Of a stretch of DNA of 64,000 nt, positions 50,695-64,000 are shown in pieces (position 1 is the stretch's first letter; every line of letters starts with the position of its first letter). Made by a program: the position numbers and the translations under genes. Below the pieces are notes generated by a model. It was not told where the DNA came from. It saw nothing but the letters and a program-made list of their open reading frames with translations, and made no database searches. This DNA comes from Octopus vulgaris (lineage: Eukaryota), in NCBI GenBank assembly GCA_951406725.2, contig OX597824.1, positions 60,574,001-60,638,000 on the forward strand, given 5' to 3'.

Positions 50695-51861
50695 TCAGGT
50701 CATCCCATAAGTTTTGTCCAAATTTTGAATAAAGAAAACAAGTGATCAATTGTTACATTTAATTGAAATTTAATAATCAATGTACTTTTCTTGATTATCT
50801 ATGACTTCCTTCCATTTATTTACAAGCTGTTCAATCCCATCAATGTAAAACTCTGTTGGTTTCTAAGCGAAGAACTCTGAAATGTCAGTTTCGACCTCCT
50901 CCTGGCTTGCGAAAGTTATGTCCCCCAAATGATTCTGTAAACTACGAAACAAATGGTAGTCTGAAGGAGCAAGGTCGGAAGAATAAGGTGGATGAGGAAT
51001 TTTTTCCAACCAAGCTTTTCGATCTTCTGTGATGTGATCTTTGTAGTGTGAGGTCACGCATTGTCCTGATGAAACATCACTCTTTTCGATTCACTAAAGC
51101 GGGTCTCTTCTTCAAAGTTTGGTTCAAACACTCTAATTGCTGACAGTAGATTTGAGCATTGATTGTTGCATTAGTTGGTAGCAATTCAAAGTGAATTACT
51201 CCATTACAATGCCACCAGATAGAGAGAAGAACCTTTTTTCCATGAAGTTCCCTTCTCGGTTGAGTCTTTTCCCTTTTACCAAGCCACTGTTTACGACGTT
51301 TAACATTTCGACAGAAGATCCATTTTTCGTCACCAGTCACAAGTCTATTCAAAAAGGGTGAAATAAGTTTGCGAGAATGGAGAGAAGAGCAGATGTCAAC
51401 TCGGGATTTGCGGTTGCTTTCGGACAGTTCATGAGGCACCCATTTTCCAAGTTTAGGAACCTTTCCAAGTTATTGAAGATGACGATGAACAGTTGTATGG
51501 TTTGAATTAAGCTTTATTGCCAATTCTTCAACTGATAATGCAGGATTTTCTTCAAGTAATGCCTCAAGGAGCTCAAACTCAACTGGACGTCCTATTCGAT
51601 CTTCATCTTCAAGGCTGACATCTCCACTTCTGAATTTTACAAACCATCTTCTGCAAGTACTTTCATTCAAGCATTCTTTCTCATAAACTCAGTGTATGTT
51701 TCGAGTAGTTTCGGCTGCAGGGTTTCCTTTTTTGCACTCAGAGCATTATGTACCTCAAATGCTCTTTGGATACTTCCATGTTAGAAAGGGTTTTAATCAA
51801 AGAAATTTTAATTCTATCATTCTGTAAAATAATATCAGACAGTTCTTATGGGATGACCTGA
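50695..51861 (-). mobile_element. Full-length mariner element, transposase disrupted
   Basis: TIRs TCAGGTCATCCCATAAG and CTTATGGGATGACCTGA with TA on each side; WVPHEL, VTGDEKW, HPPYSSDLAPSDYHLF. Confidence 0.93.
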
Positions 51862-51865
51862 TAAT

Positions 51866-51942
<77 letters not shown>

Positions 51943-51999
51943 CAACAACAACAACAATAATGATAAAAAACGAAAATATAAATGTTATCACTTTTATGA

Positions 52000-54260
52000 A
52001 GGGAGATAAATTCTATCACATATGTTGAAGGTAAAAACTTATGGGTAAACAACATTCTTTGTTTTCTGGTTAGGAGCATAGTCAAATGGGTCTTACAGAC
52101 TACCAACTCTGGAGCAATTAACATAAATTTGACCATGAATATCAAAGATCAATGAAGTGCAAGCCAGTAAGTTTCAGTCTGACCTTGAGCTTTATTAATA
52201 GTCATTGTGAAGCAAAATCGCACTGGGAATTGTGTTCGTTTGAACTCAAATAGCATATCTGTTGGTTTGATTGGAATTCTTGGAATGAAAACCTCTTCCC
52301 CAGAGGTACATCAAGTGATGATGGTAGCTTCTATGAATTTAGCTGATAATGTCTTCACAGTCAACCCTGTCCCATTGCATAATTTAGGAGGATCTAAATT
52401 TCTCAGAAGCATTATTAGGACTTTTAGAAAAAGTTTATGGGGAGGAGTTCCAGGTGGCTCAGGAGAATTAAGAAACTCTATTGGGTAATGGACAGCTTGA
52501 TTTTCATCAACTGATTTGTACTCCTTAATGACTGTTGAGATCTTATTCATTAATTCATGGTTAATCCTTGCTACTGTCTCATTTTTTGGAGCAAGAATAA
52601 TGTGAATTATAATTATTACTTAAGTTTGAAAATACCCTTTCTTCAATTCAGCTGGGGAATTCCCTGTGATAGCAATATGAACCAAATTGATATCACCATT
52701 CCCATCAAATGGTATTTTCCCATTTACTTATTTGAGGAGTCAGGTTGAAAACTGTTCTGCACATATTTCCCCATGTAATACAGCTCGCTCATTGGTATTG
52801 AAGGAGAATTTCTGTACTTTATTCCATAGGTGTGAAGATTTGATGCATGCTTTTATTTCATCAGATTTTGTTCGTATTGGAATGAGTGGCAATGTCTGTC
52901 CGAAGTCTCCTGATAAAACTATTGTAACTCCTCCCATAGATTATTCCTGTAAGGTCTTATCAAGAGCTTCCATTGCACCTGTATGAATGATCAGGTGGCA
53001 TTAGCACAACACTTCTAGTGAACCTGAACCTTCGCTTATTTTACAAATTGGACTGTCAATTGTGACCAGATTTAGCGGTAATTTAAAAGCAGAATGAGCT
53101 GTTCGTCCTCCTGGGAGAAGGGTGGCAGCAATGCCAGACGATGCTACTGCAATTGCAATTCTTTTTTGCTGCCTTACCTTGGAGAGAAGCTATGTTGTTA
53201 CAAATGTTTTACCTGTGCCACCAAGAGCATCAAGAAATAATTTCTGACTGACGAAATAATTTCTTCAAATGCACAGCGTTGTTCTGGAAGAAGCTTAGGT
53301 TCATGTTCATTCACAAATGCAGCCAAGTCTGTGATATCATAATTTGTCTCACTTGCTGTCTATAGATCATCATCATTGTTCGACCGTAGTCGAGACAATG
53401 GAATTTACCATGCTACGCTAGACTTCACGGTCCATCATGGCATTACGGAGGTCCTGTTGCTGGATGCCTGTATCCCTGTCTATAGAAGTTAAATCACTAA
53501 TTTGACGGTATGGTTTTGGCTGTCCAGAGCTAGACTCTTACAAATTTTTACTTCCCATGGCCAAAACTTGATCCTCAATTTCAATATTGATATTTGAGTT
53601 TGACTGTTGAACTGTATACTTTAAGTCCTCAGCCATGTCCTCACGATGTTTTATCCAAAGCTGTAGGGGACTGCCAAGTTGACACATGTTCAGTATAACT
53701 GCAAAAAGGTTACAGTTTCCTTGGAGAATCTGAAACTGATGCTTCAGTCAATGCAAGGTCCCAATGCTCATCACTTTAAAAAAAAAACATTGTTGGTAGC
53801 ATGCTTCCCTATAAGTTTCATACACATGACCATTTACCTCCTCGAATCTTGGAATGATTTGGGACCACGTACTTCATGCAAAAGGAACCATAAATAGTAG
53901 CGTTCTGCTAGGCTGGTGGGTCACTGCAAAATCTTGCAAGAGTGTCAATCCGACTTTTCCTCTTGTGCCATTTATTGTTTCTCCAGATGTAATACTTGGG
54001 TAATTGTGGGTAAAGGAGTTTTCTTGCATCTTCATCAAATAGACTCAACTTGACACAAAAGGCAGTAAGAGTAGTTTCCCTCGGAGAAAGTGCTTGTTGT
54101 GAGGCTGTTTGTTTTGTAAAGATAATCCTATGGCCATTTTCTAGATGGACACTCAGATGAATAATGGCTGTGTGCCTATCATGAATGGGAAAACTGAAGA
54201 TGCGCCAAAAAAGCCTCGTTGGTACTGATATATCTTCCTCTGTTGTACTGTGAATCTTCG
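52000..54260 (-). mobile_element. Helitron RepHel (PIF1 helicase) remnant
   Basis: FLDALGGTGKTF, ASSGIAATLLPGGRTAHSAFKLP, GDFGQTLP, YPIEFLNS..PPH.L..LLRNLDPPKLCNGT, QFPV..INKAQGQ. Confidence 0.9.
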
Positions 54261-54319
54261 TCATTTTTATTTATCTGTAGACTGCCATTCTGCATAAGAG
54301 TGTATGTTGAAGATTCTAA

Positions 54320-54510
54320 ACTTTTACTCTTTTACTTTTTTCAGTCATTTGACTGTGGCCATGCTTGAGCACTGCTTTTAGTCGAGCAAATCGACCCCAG
54401 GACTTATTCTATTGTTCTCTTTTGCCGAACCGCTAAGTTACGGGAACCTAAACACACCAGCATCGGTTGTCAAGTGATGTTGGGCAGACAAACACAGACA
54501 CACAAACATA
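54320..54510 (-). mobile_element. SINE family A, 3' half
   Basis: Tail match. Confidence 0.85.
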
Positions 54511-54545
54511 AACACACACGCACGCACGCACGCACGCACGCACGT

Positions 54546-54589
<44 letters not shown>

Positions 54590-54750
54590 TTATACATACA
54601 CTATCAAACATCAGATGAAATGGATATGTGTATCTGTGTGTGTGTGAGAGAGAGAAAGAGTGTGTTGTCATGTATACGTACATAAATAAATATGCATACA
54701 TATTTTTTGTATATATATATATATCTGTGTGTGTGTGTGTGAGAGAAAGA

Positions 54751-54787
<37 letters not shown>

Positions 54788-55105
54788 AGTGAGTGTCACT
54801 TAGACACCACACACACATATGCACACACACACACACACACACACACTTCCTCTCTCTTTCTCTCACAGACAAACACCACGCACATAATAAATGTATACAA
54901 ACGTACATACAAAAACACACATGTGCATGTGTGACTGATTACAAATACATAGAGCTGAACACTGAGCGCAAAAAGTAAATAGATAAAATTTTTTTACGGA
55001 AATTAATGAAGTATGCGGGTTCAAGCGAAAGAACCGCCATATTCTTTTGGACGCCCTATGTTGAAATTCTAGTGTAATATTTGTGTAATGACAAAATCAA
55101 ACCTG

Positions 55106-55163
<58 letters not shown>

Positions 55164-55666
55164 CTGTGTGTTTATATTGGAGAAACAGTGTGTGAGTGAG
55201 AGAGGGAGAGAGAGAGAGAGCGAGTGAGAGAGAGGGTGAGAAAAACATTGCAAACAATGAATGAAATAAGCATGAAATGAAAAAATCGTATAAATAGTAG
55301 CTCGTTGTACCGATCATTTAAATTTGTGAACGTAGAAAATATTTCTTTCCGTTATTTATCGCGGTTGTTTGCAAATAGCAAATTAAAACTTAAAATGAAA
55401 ACATTAAAATAGAGAGTGAGAGGTTTTGCAAATGAAAACGGAAAATTTCAACGTTGCTACGTCAATACTGGAAGTTGACATTTTTAAAGAAATGAATCAT
55501 ATATATAAATCAATATTATTTATTTTTAATAAAAAAATAAATTGATTGCTCTATTATGTATCCGAGGTCAAATTATTCATGCATTCCAAATATGGAAGCA
55601 ATTCGCGCAGCCCAGCCATTTTCGCGTGAAAAGCGAATACACACACAAAGGTTTATTTTATGTAAG

Positions 55667-55740
<74 letters not shown>

Positions 55741-58217
55741 ACGTTACTGTACAGTGGTGCTACTATCATCATATCGCTCATTCCTTGAGATTGTGCCTAC
55801 GAATTTTGCTGAATTCAATAACATGCTATTTAGGTATTAAGATCCTGTTGACAAAGCATAGTGCTAAAAGAAAATTATATATGATTCCATGGCTTTGAAA
55901 TATTAAATTACTGTTGATTTTAATGGTCAAGATATATTTTAGGGAATTAGTCAGAGGGTGGTTTCAATATTAACATGAGTGAAAATTTTGTCCACGGGTG
56001 AAGTATTCACGACTCTTACTCTACACAGTATTTCGATGGTATAGAAATAGCCACCAAATCTCTTTAAAAAGCACAATCTATCATCTATAAACGAAGAGGG
56101 ACACATTCGAAATGTCTGAATAAGGAAAAGACTGATGGGTTGGTCATGACAGAAATATTTTTATGATAGATTTGTTTAATGAAACCTGACCTGGGATTAA
56201 ACAACAACAACAATCACAGCAACACCTCTATGTGAAGAGGTGGCTTGTATGGTGTTTTAACGTACTAATAAGATACCGCATTTACCTCACATTGACACAC
56301 ACACAAACATGCATACATGCACATACATTGCACACACACACACACAAATATATTATACACGTGCATACATTACATGCACATGCACTTGTACAATAAAAAC
56401 ATACGAACCGAAGATAGCACTGGTATCATTCAGTGAATGATAACAGTCAAGTCACCCTCAATTCATAACTTTGCCGTTTCACAAAAGGAAGGACATACTA
56501 GTAATGTAGTTCTAGATATATTATATCAGAAAATAATATGGGGTGGTCACGTTAGATATTATCATTCACTCAGTTTACTAGCTCTTTAGATATGTTTAGC
56601 AGAGTGCATTGTTTTGGAAGCATTCCATTCGAAATATTCCGTTGAAGTGCTTTGGTTTGAGATTAAATTACACTCCCGCCCATTTGGATGCTCGTTGCCC
56701 TTTTTCGCAACAGTTCGTTGTTTAGGTCCGACGCATTGTTAGAGCTAAAACAACAAACGTAAGTTGATATTAGAGGGTACGAAAACCAGAAAGGAAATAA
56801 CATAAAAATAAGATAATGTGATAAAAATACACGGTCCTCGTTCACTGGCAAAGCTGAAATGAAATAAAATAGAATATAGAAATGAAAACAATTAGTAAAC
56901 TGAAACTAAAATCAAAGTGACTAAGTAGGAGATCTGGAAATAAATGTGAGTGTTACGGGTCGAAATTCATCAGAAATATTTAGTGTATACAGCTGTCAGG
57001 AAGAGAATTGTATTCTTTACTGAGAGAAGTAGGGCTATGAAACTGTAGAAATACTAGAAAACTATGTTCCAGCCAAATTGTCACTTATAGTGCGTACATG
57101 TTTTACAATTAGCGCACGACGGAAAAGAAAAAATGTGCACACAGGGTCTTATAGATGTAATCGAACTTTTTAAGATTGAAGATTGTTATTCGCATGGATG
57201 CACACGTACTTTGCAAAGAAAGGCAAAATTTACTCACAAATAAATGTTTGTGTACCTATAGCAACTATTTAAAGGAAGCATTGGTTGAAAAAGGGACTAA
57301 ATATCTTACGGTTCTATACGGTTAATCTCCAGGCATGACCGTATAGTAAAGAAATTCACCTCATAAATTACAAAGCTATGGTTTTCATATCAGAGATCTG
57401 CACTTGGGTATCTATCTTTCATTAGTTTTGCAAGAATGAAATTTTTGTAGATAAACAGTGCGGAGGCCCGTCGAAGGAAGAGCTATTGTTTTGGGGTGGA
57501 AGTTTTTTAATCTTTTGCCCCGTTGTGAACCCCACCACTTCGTCTTCGTGGGTACCTTTAGCGGAAGTTACCTAGTTGGAATCATTTAGACAAGGTCTCT
57601 GGTCTTAAGATAACCTTCTCCCTACCTCCTAGTTTCAGAAATCCTAAAAAGAAAAGGATTTCGAGTGGCTCACTGGCGAAAAAAATCTAGGGTATCAGAA
57701 GAGATACCTTGCGGTATTTGTTTCGTCTCTTTGCATGAGTTCAGACCAAACTTAATCCACTAACAGGTTTAACTCCAGCATCTGATCCTCGGGTGCCTTT
57801 TGTAGAGCCCACTTTGTTGCAAGTACTCCGGCTAGGATTCCAATTTTAGCATACTTTCCCCAGTCCATAATGGGCCACGGACACTTTTCTTCTTTCTTAA
57901 CTAATTGATTAAAGAAATCAGACTCTCATAGTATCATGAGCAAACTTCAGGTTTACTGGTTCATTATATCATCTTAAGATGGCACGGGACTGCTTTGTTC
58001 CTCTATTACCATACTGGTTACTTAACCATTGTTCATAAAAACTTTCCCATTAGCAACACCATTTTTGTCATTCTAAATTTTCACTTGAAAGACTTCAGGA
58101 GAATATTCCTTTTGTTCTTATATTTGCACAGACACTTATTCATTACTTTTTATTTAACCACGAAAGCAGTAACTCCGCCAAACAAGAGCGACGTAGCTTT
58201 CGTCTACATTATAATTC

Positions 58218-58420
58218 TTTCTAATTTTGGCACAATTATGAAGGGATGAGAAAGTCGATGACGTCGACCACAGTACTTGTCTGGTACTTTATTTTATCGA
58301 CCCTGCAAAGACGAATGGAACAATCGACCTCGACATAATATGAATTCAGAACGAAAAGCACTGGATCAAAGGCCGCTAAATATTCAGTCCGACTCGCTAA
58401 CGGTTCTGCCAGCTCGCCGC
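58218..58420 (-). mobile_element. SINE family B
   Basis: Minus head GCGGCGAGCTGGCAGAACCGTTAG, B-box-like TGAATTCATAT, GTCGATAAAATAAAGTACCAG core. Confidence 0.75.
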
Positions 58421-58854
58421 TTTTCTAGTCTTCATACTAGTCAGTGAATAATATTTCAGCAGGCTCAACCCAAACAAGGCTACATTGGAATGGTTGAATC
58501 TGTAATTGTCAGAGATATCTAGAAATCATTAAGCAACACCTTACAGGAAATGTACTTATCATATCGTGGAATTATTCTTAGATAAGAGTTGTAGGTTTAA
58601 TGAACCTAACATGTGTTAAGTCGACTAGTGCTGTCTCTGAATTTTATCCCACACCTCCGTGTTTGTGTTTACTCGTCCGTATATGAAGTATTCAATCGTA
58701 TGTTTTCCTGATACATTCATATCCAGACACAGCAATGTGATGAAAATGGAATTGGTCGAAACGGTGCTGGGCTTGTGTGATTCGAACTCAGTGCTGCAAG
58801 CTACAAAACAATCGCTCATATTACAATACATTTTTCCTCTTATACCAATGTGGG

Positions 58855-58889
<35 letters not shown>

Positions 58890-59285
58890 TATGTGTGTGT
58901 ATTGGCGGTACCATATTGAACTAGAAGTACTCAAACCACGGGAGTTAAGTATGTTGGCTATCAAGACATCGCATGTAATCGGTCGGTCATGACTGCCAAT
59001 CTTCTTTATTTAATCATCACAGAATATTAAATCGTATTAGCAGTACACTTTTATCTAACTTCTGTCGTTTCCATAGTTACAGAATCTGGTCCATCAAGTC
59101 AGTGCCTGGAATAATCTATTTGATTTGGAGAATAACATAGAAAACAAATGTTTGAATATAAAGAGATGTTACACGACTACTTAACAGAACAAATATTTGG
59201 TTAACAGCCTTGAATATTACATATCATCTTTTTTTGTATTGTTTTTATGAAGAAGACCTTGTGATTATTTTGTAGTGTGTGTGTA

Positions 59286-59429
<144 letters not shown>

Positions 59430-59559
59430 GAGTTTTATCGCATAGGAACATTTGAAATCTAAACCTTGAGCGATAAAGCGAAGCACAGTAATACATTTAA
59501 TCAGATACTTTTTACCGTCTCTGCTAACACAACTACCCTTGCAACAGGGATTTATAATT

Positions 59560-59970
59560 CATTCTAAATTTGGCACAAGTTCGGTAATTTTGAGGGAAGG
59601 GGAATGTCACTTACATCGCTTCTAATTCTTGGCTGGTATTTTATTTTATCGATTCCGAAAAGACGAAAGACAAAGTTAGCCTCGGTGGGATCTGAGTTCG
59701 GAGCATAAGGAGCCGAAAGAAATGCCGTTAAACATTTTGTCTGACGCAGTGAAGATTCTGTCAGCTCGCTGCCTTTTTGGTTTCAAATTTTAAGTGCATA
59801 GCCAGCGGTCTGGAAAAGATTAGTCCATGCCATTGGCTCCAGTACTTAACTAGCACTTTATATTATAGACCTCGGAACTATTAAAGGCAAAATTGACGTC
59901 AGCAGGATTTGAGCTCAGAACGTAAAGCGGCAGAAGAAATTTCGCAAAGCATTTTTCCGAAGCGCCAACA
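59560..59970 (-). mobile_element. Two tandem SINE family B copies
   Basis: Heads at ~59773 and ~59965; shared core. Confidence 0.7.
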
Positions 59971-60569
59971 GTCGGTAAATTTTAATTGTGATCCATTAGA
60001 CAAAGGTTTTTAAGGGCGTGGAGAATAGAAGAGTGTGATGTTTATAAGTGTACTTGTTTTAGCAATTGAATTCAAGTGGAATTGAAATCGAGTAGGTGCA
60101 TCATCTTGAGTGGGGCTTAAGTGTTACTGTCTGTGCAGACATCTGTCGACCCACAGTAACAAGGGTTGATTTTTATGCTTTTCACCACGATAGTAAGAAA
60201 GGGATTTTGTTGGTTTTGACGGTGAAGATGTAATTGTTCGGTCATCTGAATTACCAACTCGTTGAATTAGCGCATTAGTAGCTGTGTATTCTAGACACTT
60301 TTCATTAACATAAATCTCAATAAGAATCAGTGAGATACAATGTGTGACAAAGCTGTACCGTTGAGCTACAGGTGCTATCCATCCGATAGGTGGCAATGGT
60401 TAGGAAGTTTGCATCTCAATCATGAAGTTTTGGGTTCGATCCTAATGTGTGGTACCTTGGTTCAGCGTCTTTTACCCTTGTCTTCGGAAACCAAACTAAA
60501 AAAGTAGCAGGTTAAGAGAACGATTTTTAAATACTCAAGATTTGAATTCAGAATAGATATACTCTTTCC

Positions 60570-60757
60570 CTCTTTTACTCGTTTCAGTCATGTGACTGTG
60601 GCCATGCAGGAGCACCGCCTCTAGTCGGGCAAATCGACCCCAGAACTTATTCTTTGTAAGCCTAGTACTTATTCTATCGGTCTCTTTTGCCGAACCGCTA
60701 AGTTACGGGGACGTAAACACACCAGCATCGGTTGTCAAGTGATGTTGGGGGGGACAA

Positions 60758-60795
<38 letters not shown>

Positions 60796-60962
60796 CTACG
60801 ACGGGCTTCTTTCAGTTTCCGTCTACCAAATCCACTTACAAGGCTTTGGTCGGCCCGACGCTATAGTAGAAGACACTTGTCCAAGGTGCCACGCAGTGGG
60901 ACTGAACCCGGAACCATGTGGTTCGTAAACAAGCTACTTGCCACACAGCCACTCCTACGCCT
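60570..60962 (-). mobile_element. SINE family A, full-length
   Basis: Near-identical to 19432-19829. Confidence 0.92.
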
Positions 60963-61426
60963 ACTTTATTTTTGATTAGGTAGAGATGTTTGAGTGGCAC
61001 AATGGGGTAGAGAGTGTGACATACGTATATTCCTAAGTGTATTAATAACACAATGGAAAGAAAATAGCTTCAGATTGGTTTTGAAATTTTGTTTGGGCGT
61101 ATACCAGTCACTGGAGCGGTTGGCAACATTTCAGGAAAGGAATAGAGCAATTTTCCTTCTAGAAAATCCCGGAGACTCTTAAGTTCATATTTTGTCACTG
61201 AGAAAGATGAACACTTCGGCTAAATGACCAGATGGTGCAGTTTATTTAACTACTTGATTATCAGGTTAAGGAACTCACTTAGAAATGAAATGCTATTATT
61301 TAATAGAACATGCGTAAGTGAGTGATTCATGATTTGGAAATTCAGTTCCTATACACTCTTTCAGTGAACGCCCAATAAAGGATTGTCTTACACAGACGCC
61401 CGCGCACACACACACATGCATATCTA

Positions 61427-61480
<54 letters not shown>

Positions 61481-61487
61481 TGTATAT

Positions 61488-63304
61488 ATAAGAGAATATG
61501 GTGTACGTACGCCGCAATAATATATATATATATAAATACAAAATGGGACAAGAACGCAAGACATTCAAATAGACGATACAAAAAACGGACTGGTCATTCG
61601 AAGCCTCTAATCTTCAGTCAAGAACCGGATCATCCTCGCAATTTCGGCTGATTAATCATGAGATTGCTCCGATCTGGCCAACTCCAAGGAAAAACTAAGC
61701 TACGAGCATTAGATTTCTTGGGAAAATGATCGAATGTATACGAAACAAGGACAGAAAAACGGACGATGTTACACGAATATAAATACAAAAAACAAAAAAT
61801 AATACGAATATAAATACAAAAAACAATAATAATAACAGGACAAAACAACAGGCGTCTTTCGACTTTAGACAGTTGAACTTAGCTGGCGTATTTGAAAAAT
61901 AATGCCTTACGACAGACGAAGAACGCGACGTTGTCGTGGCGCTGGTCAGAAGCGGAAAGGCTATAGCTGGCCAGCGGTCACGTGAGAAGAGAAGAGAGAG
62001 AGAAAAAAGGGGCAAAGGAATTAAAGAGAGGGAGAAGAGAGAGAAAAAAAGGAACAAAGGTATTAAGGAGGGGGAGAAGAGAGAGAAAGAAGGAATTAGG
62101 GAGCGGGAGAAAAAGTGCGCGCCAAGGATTGGCGGGACTAAAGAAAGGCAGGGTCAGTGAAGTGCAACGTAAGAAAGGCAGAGAAAGTGTGTGTAGAAGT
62201 CGTACAATGTTTAGTGGAATGCTTACATACATATAAGAGAATAAGGTATACGTACGCCGTCTACCGTAAGGCATTATTTTTCAAATACGCCAGCTAAGTT
62301 CAACTGTCTAAAGTCGAAAGACGCCTGTTGTTTTGTCCTGTTATTATTATTATTGTTATTGTTTTTTGTATTTATATTCGTGTAACATCGTCCGTTTTTC
62401 TGTCCTTGTTTCGTATACATTCGAGCAATTTCAAGATTAATCAGCCGAAATTGCGAGGATGATCCGGTTCTTGACTGAAGATTAGAGGCTTCGAATGACC
62501 AGTCCGTTTTTTGTATCGTCTATTTGAATGTTTTGCGTTCTTGTCCCATTTTGTATATTTATATATATATTATTGCGGCGTACGTACACCTTATTCTCTT
62601 ATATTTATGTAAGCATTCCACTAAACTTTGTACGACTTCTACACACACTTTCTCTGTCTTTCTTACTTTGTACTTCACTGTCTCTGTATTTCTCTTTTGT
62701 AGCCTCCTTGATTCTTCGGTCTCCTCTTTCCCCACTCTCTCACATTTCTCTGCCTTTCTTACGTTGCACTTCACTGACCCTGTCTTTCTTTTGTCCCACC
62801 AATCCATGGCACGCTCTCTTTCTTCTCCCTCTCCTTAATTCCTTCTTTCTCTCTCTTCTCTTCTCACGTGACCACTGGCTATAGCCTTTCCGCTTCTCAC
62901 CAGCGCCACGATAACATCGCACTCTTCGTCTGCCGTAAGGCATTATTTTTCAAATACGCCAGCTAAGTTCAACTGTCTAAAGTCGAAAGACGCCTGTTGT
63001 TTTGTCCTGTTATTATTATTGTTTTTTGTATTTATATTCGTATTATTTTATTTTTTTTTGTATTAATATTCGTGTAACATCGTCCGTTTTTCTGTCCTTG
63101 TTTCGTATACATTCGATCATTTTTCTAAGAAATCTAATGTTCGTAGCTCAGTTTTTCCTTGGGGCTGGCCAGATCGGAGCAATCTCATGATTAATCAGCC
63201 GAAATTGCGAGGATGATCCGGTTCTTGACTGAAGATTAGAGGCTTCGAATGACCCGTCCGTTTTTGTATCGTCTATTTGAATGTCTTGCGTTCTTGTCCC
63301 ATTT

Positions 63305-63308
<4 letters not shown>
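61488..63308. repeat. Family T: tandem monomers (~740 bp) in an inverted arrangement
   Basis: 61488-62258 in one orientation and 62256-63308 in the opposite; monomer junction ATAAGAGAATAAGGTGTACGTACGCCG(CAATAAT) recurs. Confidence 0.88.
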
Positions 63309-63394
<86 letters not shown>

Positions 63395-63399
<5 letters not shown>

Positions 63400-64000
63400 A
63401 GAGTTTACGAAAAAAAACAAACAAAAGACGAAGACAGGTAGTGTACAAAACAAACAGATGTATTAGTATAACGCTCAGGAATAGAAAAAGTCTTTTACGT
63501 TTCGACCCTACGCTCTTCTACAGAAAGGGACACAGAAAAAACAAGGAGAGAAAAAATATGTGTGTAGTGGCTAACGATCTATCATGGTGACTACTACCGG
63601 ACAGAAGGGTCAAACACAGGAAGGAAAGTAAGGGAGATAACAAGGTAAAGATGACCCCCAACACAAAGGTGAGTGTGTGTATAAGAGTATGTATGTGCTT
63701 GTGAAAGAGGACTGGTGGTCTGGACGTGTGCGTGTATGTATGTGTAGGTGTGAAGATGTGGGGATGGGTGTGTGGGTGGTGTGTTGTGATGTGATGTGTA
63801 ATGTTGTATGGTGTAGGGTGGTGTGGTGATGTTGCTGGGAGGTGGGGTGGGCAAGAGTGGGGAAAGCACGGGTGGGGTGTAGGTTCAGCTGGGGGTTGGG
63901 GTAGAGTTGGGATTTGTGGGTAGGAAGAGGGTGGGTGTAGAGGTGGGCTATGTGGGGAAGGGGTGTGGGATAGGATGAGGATGGGATGGGGGGATGTATT
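63395..64000 (-). mobile_element. PLE 3' tail (same family as 36640-37575), running off the window
   Basis: Shared TGTATTAGT..ACGCT..AAAAGTCTTTTACGTTTCG..CAGAAAGG block and G/T-rich tail. Confidence 0.75.
63492..63527 (-). ncRNA. Minimal hammerhead with atypical CUGUAGA core
   Basis: Minus CTTT-CTGTAGA-A-GAGC-GTAG-GGTC-GAAA-CG-TA-AAAG. Confidence 0.65.

Noticed and set aside
56660-56765. Possible host exon ending at a GTAAGT donor (56759)
   Set aside because: No recognisable protein and no clear acceptor site; needs RNA-seq
62960-62995. Group I intron R-like sequence GTTCAACTGTCTAAAG
   Set aside because: Not conserved in the 6.4 kb copy and no S element or P7 pairing
63205-63255. SECIS-like ATGA..AA..GA or canonical HHR in family T
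   Set aside because: Required helices do not form; kept only as an unknown structured-RNA candidate

Overview
AT-rich animal non-genic (intergenic or intronic) DNA. The SINE families resemble, from recall only, those of octopus/cephalopod genomes. I found no convincing host protein-coding exon; almost all long ORFs in the track are microsatellite artefacts ((TA)n, (CA)n, (TACA)n, (TAA)n). The window is a transposon graveyard: about 12 copies of one tRNA-derived SINE plus a second SINE family; a full-length hAT (Charlie/SPIN-like) element with TIRs and an 8-bp TSD; a decayed ZMYM1-type hAT; mariner, Tc1 and Tigger remnants; three non-autonomous Helitrons and a RepHel remnant; two R4/Dong-like RLE LINEs in tandem at (TAA)n; RTE fragments; and many Penelope-like element (PLE) fragments with GIY-YIG endonuclease. 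The hidden layer is RNA structure. By eye I find about a dozen type I hammerhead ribozyme (HHR) motifs from several unrelated sequence families, some intact, some with atypical cores, mostly downstream of GIY-YIG ORFs or inside fold-back inversions. The best leads are: (i) a tRNA-headed (Pol III) short element with an HHR tail and 5' inversion, a candidate PLE-mobilised SINE/retrozyme; (ii) a ~740-bp tandem/inverted non-coding family with GNRA hairpins and covarying stems but no canonical HHR; (iii) an HHR-like motif inside a hAT DNA transposon. All structures were derived by hand and no activity is shown.
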